DNA from: Candidatus Cloacimonadales bacterium | Lineage (GTDB): Bacteria; Cloacimonadota; Cloacimonadia; Cloacimonadales; JAFGVF01 | Reading direction: 5' to 3' | Assembly: GCA_963662585.1 (NCBI GenBank) | Contig: OY759729.1 | Span: 2,112,001 to 2,176,000 of the forward strand | Length of the DNA: 64,000 nucleotides | Shown here: positions 9,597 to 19,800 of the stretch, one piece after another | Layout of the letters: each line of letters starts with the position of its first letter | Numbering within the stretch: the stretch's first letter is position 1 | Translations under genes and position numbers: made by a program | The notes under the pieces: model-generated | Databases searched by the model: none | Seen by the model: the letters and a program-made list of their open reading frames with translations, nothing else | What the model was told of the DNA's origin: nothing

Positions 9597-12500
9597 CTAT
9601 TTCATTAATATCATTTTGGAAGTTTTTGAATATTCTTTAGTAGTCATTTTATAGAAGTAAACGCCTGAAGAAACGCTTCTGTTATTACTATCTTTACCAT
9701 TCCAAACAACATTATGGTTTCCTGCTGATCTATTTTCACTTAGGAGAGTTTTTACTTTTTGACCTAAGATATTATAGATAACAACTTCAACTTTTCCAGC
9801 TTTATTCATACCGAAAGAGATTGTAGTTTCAGGGTTGAAAGGATTAGGATAGTTTCCTTTGAGTGAAGTAACCGCTGGGATTAACTCGTTATCATTAGAA
9901 ACAGGGTTAGCAATACCTGATAAATAGATGATGATTTGATTGTTTTCTGGATCATCAGTAGTTATTGTAGCTTCATTTGAGAAGTCTTGGTCTCTTGAAG
10001 GAGAGAAGACTAAAGTATATTCAAGTTCAGCACTAGGTTGAATACTGAAGTTAAGTGAATTAACAAGTTCTTCATCATCGTTTAAGATAAAGAAAGGGTC
10101 TTGAACTTGGATAGAAACAATACCTATACCATCACCAAGATTAGATAAGTTAAGTGGAAGTTCAGCAGTTTCACCAACTAATATTTCACCAAAATTGAAA
10201 TCAGTAGTAGTAACTGAAATTTCTGGAGTACCAGGAGCTTGACCACCAGCAGGAGGGAAGGTAACATCATCAAGATAGAAACAGTCATCGTTACTATCAA
10301 CCATATAATCTTTTGAGTAAGTCCACTGGAAAACATTTTCACCAGCAGCTACATCAAACGTATAATTTTCCCAGCCTGTATCACCACTTAAGTGAAGTTC
10401 TTGTTGGCCATTAATGCTGAAATCAACGAAGTCATAGTTAGCTTCAGAAGAAACATGCATCCAGAAACTGAATTCAGCAGCTTGAGCTGAAGTATAAGTC
10501 ACAGATATTGAAGTTGAACCACTAGGCCCAATATCAGCTGATTTTAAACTATACTGACCAGAGTGAGCATTAGTTGAGAAAGTATAATTATCATCAGTAT
10601 CCCAGCCAAAGCCTGTTAAAGATTGAGATTCAAAATCTTCTACAGATAAGCCAACAAAAGCTGAATATTCCATAGCAGTATTGAAGCTTCCGTATTGAGC
10701 TGAAAAGTCGAAGATTAACTCTTCACCAGTAGCTATTTGGCTACTAAGCATAATTTCGAATGATAATTCTTGGTTTCCATTAACATCAAGATTTTCGATT
10801 TGGATATTATTGGTTTCGGCAAGAACCATTCCAATAGGATAGCTAATAGTTACATTAGTTAATTCTGCATTGTAGGCACCATCATTAGTTACAGGAAGTG
10901 ATAACATAAAAGTTTCGCCTGCATCCATTCTTTGATTGCCGTTACCTATTACCTCAGTAGCTTCGATTTCTCCAAAAGTAATCACAGGAGCTTGGTTAGT
11001 TAAGTTTAACTGATACTCCCATTCATTTGCACCATTGTCAGCAGTAATATTAACTGTGAAAGGAATCATATAATCATTAGCAATATTGTGAGGAATTGAT
11101 ATAGTGAAAGCATCAGCTGGAAGTGAGATTACTTGGTCAGCTGAGATGTTTTCAACAGTAACTTCATTATTTTCAATGATTACGCCAGCTTCAGTTGAAG
11201 ATAAGGTAATAGTAAGATCTGATGAAGTATCAACACCAACATTTTTGATATCAAAAGTGAAGTTTCCATTGTAGCCGATATGAGTTGTTGTAGTTGGAAT
11301 ATTATCAATAACAACGAAAGAACCTTCCGCAGCAGTGATAGTTACTGGCTCTACAGCAGTAATTTTATTAAAAGCTGTAACAGTAAGAGTTAATTCAACT
11401 GGATTAACAGGAACATTTTCTAAATTAAGAGTAATATTACCAGTAGCATTTGTATAGCCACTAGCAAGAAGATCACCATTGTAAGAAATAGCTACTAAAG
11501 AGTTTGCCTCTCCTGTATTTACTGTATATTCTGAAGATCCAACAAAAAGAATACCTGAATGAGTTAAAGTTAATTCTTCAGGGATATCAGTTCTTACTTG
11601 TAGAGATGCGTCACCAAAGATATGCCATGTTTCATACATATCTATACCATCAGAGCCATAAGCATCCATCATAGCACATGAACCACTATAGTAGAGTCCA
11701 CCGATAGTTGAAAGTTCTTCACCAACTAAAAGGTCAGTGATTTCATCTTCACCACGCATTGGAGAGTTCCAAGATTGGTTAATTGTAGATGCATACATTG
11801 CCATAGCACCAGTTGGACTACCATTATGAGTAGCTCTTAACCATGCTTCAGCAAAACAGGTAGTATTTACAAAGTTACCGTTAACACAGGCAACAGAAAC
11901 GATGAAAGGAAGTTTTCCAACATTGGTTAAGTTATTAACATGGCTATTAGAAAACCCAGTTGTTACCCAAGAGGTATTTGAACCATGACCAACATAATTA
12001 CCAAAACCTCTACCTTCGTTAATTGCATTAGCTACATGAGTAGTATTAGCACTAGGAGCATAGATCTGGTCAACTGTATCATAGTTATAACCAAGTAGAT
12101 CTGTTCTGATTAAGTTCATGTGTTGAATATCAGATTCACCCATATCACCTTGACTTCCTCCACCTTCACCAGAGGCAATACCGAATGCTTTTCTAAGGTA
12201 GGTAGAAGATGAATTTTCATCTCTTTCATAAGAAATAGTTCTTTCTACTTGAGTAGCTAATTGATCTACTGTTTCAGCAGAGAATCTACCTATGAAGATA
12301 TCAGGGTAAGAGTCATTACCAGCAACAAGAGCAAACATTGGATCCGCTCCACCACCACCTGAAGATAAAGTTGCTACTTGAGCAGCATCACCAGCGATTT
12401 GAACAAATGCTAAATCGTCGTGAGTGTTATAATAATTTTGAATATAATTTTTAATACTGTTTGCATTGTTACCAATAGTTGCGATATCTACCATTTCAGT

Positions 12501-13277
12501 AGGAATACCTTTTTGGATTTTCCAATCTACATATAATTGCATAGTTGGGAAATAGTTTTGAGGAGCAATAACTAAGATTGTTCCAAACTCATCTAAAGGA
12601 TCATATCTGTTAACTTCGTAGTTTAAAAAGTGATTTTTGTACATAAAATCAAATGATTCTACATTCTTGACACTACGAGTAAGAATGTTTGCACCTGCTT
12701 CAGAACTATTTGCTACAGCTACTCTTATGCTTGTGTAAACTCTTAGTACATTAGTAGCAGGATTGTATTGGAAAGGATTGAAAGTAACAGTAACACCACG
12801 ATAATTTCTCATGATATAGGCTGAACCTAAAGTAGACACTTCACTTGGGAAGAAATTATCTTCTTCATAAACATCGCTAAATGTATATGGAACAGTAGCA
12901 GGATCAATATCTCTAGTGATAACACCCTTAGAAGGAGCAACAGCTAAATTGAAATCTGTATACTCTGAGAATATTACTCTCATTTCAGGTTTTGAATTAT
13001 CATTAATAATGATACTTCTACTAACTGTAGGAACTTCTGGAGCTCCCATAATATAAGTTTCTGCTTCTTTATCTAAGCTAATTTGATTAAAAGTTTGACC
13101 ATCAATTACTACTTCTTCTTTATTGAAATAACCAAGAGTCATCTCAATAACTGTTTGATTCGCGTCCGATTCTATTAAGTTAACCTGATTATCAGAGTTT
13201 CCTACTCTAACAACCTCTGCACTCAAAGTAATGAGCGTGGTTAACATTAACAATACTACTAAAAGGCTTCTTTTCAT
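9597..13277 (-). CDS. Gingipain-like C25 cysteine protease: propeptide, catalytic domain, Ig-like domains, T9SS-type CTD
   Basis: Signal peptide; propeptide (APSKG, FNPFQYNP); IFIGRFSAE; catalytic His in YVGHGS and Cys in SVACVNG; WHIFGDASL; CTD NYPNPFNPETTISF...KMILMK. Confidence 0.9.
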   Translation of the reverse strand: MKRSLLVVLLMLTTLITLSAEVVRVGNSDNQVNLIESDANQTVIEMTLGYFNKEEVVIDGQTFNQISLDKEAETYIMGAPEVPTVSRSIIINDNSKPEMRVIFSEYTDFNLAVAPSKGVITRDIDPATVPYTFSDVYEEDNFFPSEVSTLGSAYIMRNYRGVTVTFNPFQYNPATNVLRVYTSIRVAVANSSEAGANILTRSVKNVESFDFMYKNHFLNYEVNRYDPLDEFGTILVIAPQNYFPTMQLYVDWKIQKGIPTEMVDIATIGNNANSIKNYIQNYYNTHDDLAFVQIAGDAAQVATLSSGGGGADPMFALVAGNDSYPDIFIGRFSAETVDQLATQVERTISYERDENSSSTYLRKAFGIASGEGGGSQGDMGESDIQHMNLIRTDLLGYNYDTVDQIYAPSANTTHVANAINEGRGFGNYVGHGSNTSWVTTGFSNSHVNNLTNVGKLPFIVSVACVNGNFVNTTCFAEAWLRATHNGSPTGAMAMYASTINQSWNSPMRGEDEITDLLVGEELSTIGGLYYSGSCAMMDAYGSDGIDMYETWHIFGDASLQVRTDIPEELTLTHSGILFVGSSEYTVNTGEANSLVAISYNGDLLASGYTNATGNITLNLENVPVNPVELTLTVTAFNKITAVEPVTITAAEGSFVVIDNIPTTTTHIGYNGNFTFDIKNVGVDTSSDLTITLSSTEAGVIIENNEVTVENISADQVISLPADAFTISIPHNIANDYMIPFTVNITADNGANEWEYQLNLTNQAPVITFGEIEATEVIGNGNQRMDAGETFMLSLPVTNDGAYNAELTNVTISYPIGMVLAETNNIQIENLDVNGNQELSFEIMLSSQIATGEELIFDFSAQYGSFNTAMEYSAFVGLSVEDFESQSLTGFGWDTDDNYTFSTNAHSGQYSLKSADIGPSGSTSISVTYTSAQAAEFSFWMHVSSEANYDFVDFSINGQQELHLSGDTGWENYTFDVAAGENVFQWTYSKDYMVDSNDDCFYLDDVTFPPAGGQAPGTPEISVTTTDFNFGEILVGETAELPLNLSNLGDGIGIVSIQVQDPFFILNDDEELVNSLNFSIQPSAELEYTLVFSPSRDQDFSNEATITTDDPENNQIIIYLSGIANPVSNDNELIPAVTSLKGNYPNPFNPETTISFGMNKAGKVEVVIYNILGQKVKTLLSENRSAGNHNVVWNGKDSNNRSVSSGVYFYKMTTKEYSKTSKMILMK

Positions 13278-13454
13278 TTTTCCTCCATATTATCATAAAT
13301 CACATTATTTATCATACATTTATTTATATTTACATTAATTAAATGCAAGAAAGGTACCAATTTCAGAGAAAAGAATTTTAGTCAAGATAAAACAGCACTG
13401 TTTAGGTTTAGAAATGTAATAAATAGAAGAAATCAGATTATTTAGAATTAGCTT

Positions 13455-13593
13455 TTAACCCAAATAATTCAGTAGAACTTTTTTAATAGCATTATATTCT
13501 TCTGCTATAGTAATTTCCATAATTTGGTCCGAATATATAAATATATGCAGGAAAATTCTGTAAATGATTTAGCTAGAGGAATCTGCACTCTTC
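13455..13593 (+). repeat. ~140-bp degenerate direct repeat, copy 2
   Basis: Aligns with 9171-9309. Followed by GCCGTAGCTTCAGCGAAGACTC, related to GTAGTTTTAGCGAAGACTC at ~43765. Confidence 0.75.
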
Positions 13594-13760
13594 ACAGGTG
13601 AGGCCGTAGCTTCAGCGAAGACTCATCAAAGTCTACTCCACTACCTGGTGTTAAGGTAATAATTAAGCATAAGTTAGATTAATCGCCAATTAGGTTAATT
13701 TTATGCTTGACACTATGAGTAGATAATTTATATTAGTAATATGAATGACTTGGAGTAAAT

Positions 13761-14069
13761 ATGGAAATCAGTTTCACTAAGAAAGAGTTAGAAAAATTAT
13801 ACGTACTTGGTAAAAGTAGTAAATATAAAATTGATAATATAGTTCTGAGAAAGTTCTTCACTAAAATGAAAATTATTACTTCAGCCAGAGATATCATGGA
13901 TTTGAGGAAGCCTCCCTCTAATCATTTTGAAAAACTTAGTGGAACTAATAGATATTCAATTAGAGTTAATAAGCAATATCGTTTAGAATTTGAGCTGGTG
14001 ATCTGTGAGGAAGATGAGAGTTTAAGCAAAGCAATTATTTGTGAATTATCAAAACACTACGAGAATTAA
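13761..14069 (+). CDS. higB: HigB/RelE-family toxin (plasmid maintenance killer type)
   Basis: DLRKPPSNHFEKLSG..RYSIRVNKQYRLEF motif. Toxin gene lies upstream of the antitoxin. Confidence 0.85.
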   Translation: MEISFTKKELEKLYVLGKSSKYKIDNIVLRKFFTKMKIITSARDIMDLRKPPSNHFEKLSGTNRYSIRVNKQYRLEFELVICEEDESLSKAIICELSKHYEN

Positions 14070-14094
14070 TGAAAAGTGATAATAAGGAGAAATT

Positions 14095-15216
14095 ATGTCT
14101 GAACTAAAGCCCTTTATAAATATTAGCCCAGGTGATTTAATAAGAGAAGAATTAGAGTTTTATGATATGTGTCAAAAGGATTTAGCTAATATTATAGATA
14201 TTTCCGAGAAGCACCTTAGTAAAGTCGTTAACGGTAAGGTTAATATCAGCAATAATATTGCCAAGTCATTATCCCAAGTGTTCAAGCAATCCCCTGAATT
14301 CTGGCTAAAGGCTGATTATGATTACCATCAACTTAAAATGGATCGTATAGAAGAAAAGAATAGAGAAGAACTTGTCGAGTTGAAGGCACTAATATATAAA
14401 TACATGCCTATTACTCAGATGTATAAACTAGGTTGGTTATCTAAATGCAATGATTTTGATAGTTTATTACAAGAAATTTGTTCTTTTTGGAGAATTGATA
14501 CCCCGAACTTTGATTTTCTGGAGAATGATGGTCAGTTTTACTTTCATAAAAGATCAGACGGAACGACTTTCAACTTCAACTATTATTATTCAAAAGTTTG
14601 GTTGCAAAAAGCAAGGCTCATTTCAGAAAATTTGGATCTTCCTAAATATGATAAAAGTAGATTATCTACCATATTCGATAACTTAGATAGTTATACCAAT
14701 ATTGATGATGGGATTTCACAGATTATTAATGATTTAAAAGATGCAGGTGTAGGCTTCTTTATATTACCTCATTTACAGAAAACTTACCTTGATGGAGCTT
14801 GCTTCAAACAGAATAAAAATCCGATACTTGTTTATACTGGCAGGTTTAATAGAAATGATAACTTTTGGTTTGTTTTAGGTCACGAAATAGCCCATATTTT
14901 ATATCACCTAAATAGTGAGACAGAAGTTTTTTTAGAAGAAAGTGATGATAAGGAAGGAGCTTATTTGAGTAAATTAGAAACAGAAGCAAATAATTACTCC
15001 CAAAGTAAATTAAAAGCCACAGAAATATTAGACTATTTTAAAGATGATGTTAAAGTTAATAAAAACATGATATTAGCCTGTGCTAATCAATTTAATATTC
15101 ACCCTGGTTTAGTAGTTGGTTTTCTGCAATTTAACAATAAATTAGGGTGGGGAACCAATCTAAATCAACTTAAATTTAAGGTTATTGAATTTATAGATAG
15201 ACAATATAAATATTAA
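14095..15216 (+). CDS. higA: HigA-type HTH antitoxin fused to an ImmA/IrrE (M78) metallopeptidase domain
   Basis: SPGDLIREEL...QKDLA...LSKVVNGK...SPEFWL HTH, followed by DNFWFVLGHEIAH (HExxH) and ETEANNY. Confidence 0.85.
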   Translation: MSELKPFINISPGDLIREELEFYDMCQKDLANIIDISEKHLSKVVNGKVNISNNIAKSLSQVFKQSPEFWLKADYDYHQLKMDRIEEKNREELVELKALIYKYMPITQMYKLGWLSKCNDFDSLLQEICSFWRIDTPNFDFLENDGQFYFHKRSDGTTFNFNYYYSKVWLQKARLISENLDLPKYDKSRLSTIFDNLDSYTNIDDGISQIINDLKDAGVGFFILPHLQKTYLDGACFKQNKNPILVYTGRFNRNDNFWFVLGHEIAHILYHLNSETEVFLEESDDKEGAYLSKLETEANNYSQSKLKATEILDYFKDDVKVNKNMILACANQFNIHPGLVVGFLQFNNKLGWGTNLNQLKFKVIEFIDRQYKY

Positions 15217-15263
15217 TACTATAATAATCCTAATCAGCCTCTGTATAATCTGGGTTTAGCCTT

Positions 15264-16226
15264 CTATTTTGGATTAATCTCCTTAACATCATCTCTTCTT
15301 TGAACAACTCGAAGAGCTTTTTTTTCTATTAATTGATCTAATAATTCTGCAGTAATTCTAGATTTTCCATTTCTTAGGGGGAATTTTCTATCATTCTCTA
15401 ATTCTGGGGGGATATCCTTTTTCTGGCAGGTAGCTACTAGGATTGGTAAAATTGGTATTTCAATGATTTTCAATTTACTTTTATTAGTTAGGACAAATTT
15501 AAAAAGAAAAGCTTTAATCTCATTGTCTAAATCTTTATAGACGATTAAAGCTTGGTAGTAATCTTTTACTCCAAAGCTAATGCTTATACTTAAAATTGTT
15601 CTTATCTTTACGGAGTTAAAACAATCATTAATTTTGCAGTCTTGTAAAGAATTTATAAAACAATCTACTTGATTATCTTCTATTGATTTTTTAAATTTTT
15701 GGACAGTATAATAGATAGCGTTATGCATCTTAGTGCCAGCAATCGAGGGTGCAAAAAAATTCTCTTTCATTCTATGAAAAAGTAACATTTCTTGTGTTAA
15801 ACGGTAAATTCTTGTCTTAAGCTTTTTCAATTCAATTTTATAATTCCGAGCTATTTCCGAGAGGGTTAAATGTTCTAAATAATAGTTTTGTAAAATGATT
15901 TTATCCTTGTTAGAAAGAAAATCATAAGAATTAATATCAATATCTTGTTCGATATATTCGGGACTATTATCAGGATAGCCCTCTAATATCATTGGATCAA
16001 GATTTATCTCTTGGTCAATTTGCTTATCTTTCATTCTCTTTAAACAAAAATTCTTGGTAACTGTAAACAGCCAATTATCTGTTTTGGCTGAATCTATTCG
16101 ATTCTCGTTCAGGAAAAACTGAATAGCAGTTAACTGAGCCATCTCCTGGACTGTATCTTGGTCTGAAAAAAAACGATTAGCTACCTGTTTTGAATATTTT
16201 AGCACTTTTTCATAATTAATATCCAT
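15264..16226 (-). CDS. ECF-like sigma-70 factor with ~170-aa C-terminal extension (copy 1)
   Basis: Region-2-like segment VQEMAQLTAIQFF...NWLFTVTKNFC and region-4 HTH LSNKDKIILQNYYLEHLTLSEIARNYKIE...KTRIYRL. Paralogue at 32433-33383. Confidence 0.72.
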   Translation of the reverse strand: MDINYEKVLKYSKQVANRFFSDQDTVQEMAQLTAIQFFLNENRIDSAKTDNWLFTVTKNFCLKRMKDKQIDQEINLDPMILEGYPDNSPEYIEQDIDINSYDFLSNKDKIILQNYYLEHLTLSEIARNYKIELKKLKTRIYRLTQEMLLFHRMKENFFAPSIAGTKMHNAIYYTVQKFKKSIEDNQVDCFINSLQDCKINDCFNSVKIRTILSISISFGVKDYYQALIVYKDLDNEIKAFLFKFVLTNKSKLKIIEIPILPILVATCQKKDIPPELENDRKFPLRNGKSRITAELLDQLIEKKALRVVQRRDDVKEINPK

Positions 16227-16268
16227 TAGACTACACCCCTACAAATTATTTGAAGACAATGTTTTATG

Positions 16269-16303
16269 AGATTTTCAATGAAAGGTTTCCATTTTTGACT
16301 CTA
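16269..16303 (+). promoter_or_regulatory. Conserved bipartite motif between the sigma and microprotein genes (candidate cognate promoter)
   Basis: AGATTTTCAATGAAA-n8-TTTTTGACTCTA. The same motif occurs at 33426-33461. Confidence 0.6.
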
Positions 16304-16336
16304 TATTAGTAGAGAAGCTTAATTTAGGAGAAAGCT

Positions 16337-16543
16337 ATGAAATGGAAACTTATTCTTTTATTAATGATATTAATTTTCAATATCAAAATATTTAGTCAAG
16401 AGTTTTATCAAGGTTATCGAGTTGTTTCGTGGGAAGAGATTCAAGGCATGGACTATTCAATTATTAGAGATGCTGATGGACATGATATAGTTCACTTAGA
16501 GGAAACAGGTGAAATAGTAGTAGTTGTTGTATTTGAGTCATAG
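16337..16543 (+). CDS. Small secreted acidic protein (68 aa), copy 1
   Basis: AGGAG RBS and Sec-type signal peptide. Homologous to 33494-33697 (YR, EI, DY, DI and GE aligned). Confidence 0.75.
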   Translation: MKWKLILLLMILIFNIKIFSQEFYQGYRVVSWEEIQGMDYSIIRDADGHDIVHLEETGEIVVVVVFES

Positions 16544-16858
16544 AACCTGAAATACTTTTAGTAATCAAACATATAATAATTATTTGTAATATTAAGGAGG
16601 TACTTATGGTGTAAAAGAAATTAATAAAAATATTTGTATTTAGTTTTAATAATGAAGAGCTGAAGGGAATAATAAAATATAAGTAAGTAGATATTAAAAT
16701 TATGCTGGACAAATTGTATAGGATCAATATTAATAAAATATGTGTATTATCTTATTAATTCTTTACAAGTCTGAATCATTATATCTACTAAAACATAATT
16801 ATTTAAAAGATAATTAAATGTGTAGTCAAAAAAAATTTATGTCTTTAAAGGAGATAAA

Positions 16859-19800
16859 ATGAAGAAACTCTTTTTTACTTGTTTCTTAATAGGTTTTACT
16901 TTCTGCTCGGTGTTAGCAGTAAACCAATATGAAAATACTGATTTTGGATATGTCAGATTTGATGAAGTTAATAGTTTACCAAGAGCTATTTTTAACATTA
17001 ATGATTCACGTTATTCAGGAAGCCCTACTGAAATAGCAGAGGCTTATATTGCCGATAATTCTTATATCCTATTTAAAAATAGTAAACCGGAACTTGTGCT
17101 TTATAAAGAAATAACTGATTCACCAGCTGGTGCAAAAATAACTTTCCAACAATATGAAAAAGGAGTACCTGTTGTTGGTGCATTTACCACTGTAAGTATA
17201 GATAAGACTGGTACCGTGACTATGCTAGTCAATGAGTATATCCCAGATATTGAAATCAACACTACACCAGTAATCTCTGCCTCAAACGCCAGTATAATTG
17301 CAGAGGAAATATATAAAAATGATATTTTAAAAGTATCTACTGAAAAGCTAGTTGTTATTAATGAGAATAATGTATCTTTACTTACATGGAGATTTTATAT
17401 GAGATTTGAGGAAGAAGGTTCTCATATAATATATATTGATGCAAATAATGGACAAATTATAAGAAATGATTCTGCTGAAATTGGATCAGGCTATGTTTTC
17501 GACCCAGATCCGTCAACACAGTTGGGATATTATGTTGATGATTATGGAGATACAGATGACCCTGTATTTGCTAATTGCTACACAGATGTCGACTTACCAA
17601 ATATTGATCCATCTGTTAATGGTTTATATAAACTTCGTGGTGCATACGCTTATTCTGATGATATTACTGCGCCTAATGACCCTATTACTTATGAAAATAC
17701 TAATGATTTCTACTATAATAGGAGTGAAAATGGATTCGAAGAGGCTAGTGTATATTATGTAATAAATAAAGAAGTTTCAAAAGCAAGAGCTCTTGGATTT
17801 ATCCCATTGTGGGAAGTTGATCCTGTATTACAAATAACCGATTCTGAAGAAACTTTAGCTTTTGATGCACATGGAGAGGTAATACATAACGCTCATTATG
17901 TCTGTGATGAAAAGTACATGAAATTTGGAGCACCTACTGATGCTATTGATTTAGCAGAAGATCTGAGTATTGTCTGTCACGAATTTGGTCATGCTCTTCA
18001 TGATGCCATGGTCCCAGGAGGTTTTGCATCTTCAGGACATATTGAAGATCCGGATTTTTTGAGATTTGTTGAGGGCTTTGGAGATTATTATGCCATCTCT
18101 CGCAGAAGAGAAGCCGAAGAACGAATAGGGCTAGGCTATTTTATGCCTAATCAAGTTTCCAATTTTGCTTATCCCAACTTGAGAGTATCTGTATTGCCCC
18201 CAGACATTGCAAATTATTCAGATAGTTGGTGGGATGATGAGTACATGAACTTTTATCCTAAAGGAGCTGCCTTTTGTTCAACTTTGATGGATTTGGAATA
18301 TAATGTGGGTACTGATCCATCTCAGGGTAGGAGGTTAGATCAAGGAGTTGTTACAACATTAGTTTTGGCAACATTCCAATCTGTAGGTGTTACTTTAAGT
18401 ATTGATGATTTCCTTTATGCAATGATTGAGAATGATTTCAGTATTTATGGTGGAGTTCATTCAAGTACAATATTTGAAGTATTTTCGACACGATTACCAG
18501 ACCCTTGCTATCTTTTATCACAAGATATAACTTCTACTAATTATCTAAACGGATATGTTATTGTGAATTCTGATATTAGCATTATAGATGCTTCCCTTAG
18601 TATAGGGTCACATACAAAAGTCTTGCTGAATGGGACACTAAACATAGAACAAGAAAGCTCTTTTTCACTTGGAAGCTCTTCTACAGTTTATTTCTTTGAT
18701 AGGGATGAAATTTATGTTGATGAGAGTAGTACGGTTATCTTTGGTGAAAATACTAAGATTATTGGTAAATATTCTACAGTCTTCAAGGACCCCCCTTTTG
18801 TTCCTGAAGAAATTCCTGGTAATAAAATTAAAATTTATGGTGATATATATATTGAAGGGTCTGTTACTTTTACAACTGATTCACCGAATCTCGCATATCC
18901 TCCTGATTCTGATTTTTCCTGGGATGGGCTTGAACTATATAATAATAGTAATGATGTCGTTGTATTTAATGATGTTTCCTTTAATAATTGTAAGCTCTCC
19001 AGTGAGAGACGCTCAATAGAGATTTATGACTCTGCATTTGAAAATTCATCTATCAGCACAAGCCTTGCGGATGTTACAATAGAAGATACTTATATTGATG
19101 GCTATATTAGTAGTAAAGGACCACTTTTTACTTTCTCTGGAGATCCAGGTGTTGTATTCAATGTTTTAAACTGTAATATTGAGGGATATCATTCTGGGAT
19201 TTCTTTGAATGGAAATCATACCTATACGATTTCTTTATCAGGAATTTCCAATAATGAGGCAGATGGTATCAGTATCTCTGAATCAAGAAAGCCTGGTTCA
19301 AGTATAAATAATTGTTATATTAATAATAATAATGGAGCTGGTGTTAGGTTTTACTCCTCTGTTGGAGATTTAAATTCAAATAACATTAGTAATAATGTTA
19401 GAGGAGTTGCAATAATTAGGAATTCAACTGTAGAAATGAAAAAAATTGGAAATACTGATCAAGTAATAACTAATAATACATTGGAAAATATAAGTTTCTT
19501 AGATGATTGCACTGTTTCACTTGCCGCAAATAGGAATAAAATTATTAATCCAGGTACTTACAACATGATTTGCCCTAATTTATCAACAACAAGGGATTTT
19601 AACTACAATATGTGGGATACAAATGGATACCCTAATGCTAACTTGTTTTATCCTCCTATTATTGATCCTGTTCAAAATGAAATAGGATATATTCTCACAG
19701 AAATTTGGGAAGGAGATAATGTTGATCATTCAGCAGGCCTAGTAAAAAGTATTTTTGATCAAGGTGTTAATGCCTTGAAAACTGAAAATTATGACATCGC

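Noticed and set aside
16464..16727. 87-aa hydrophobic minus-strand ORF as a possible anti-sigma factor
   Set aside because: Low-complexity translation of AT-rich DNA, overlaps the microprotein gene, and has no counterpart in module 2.
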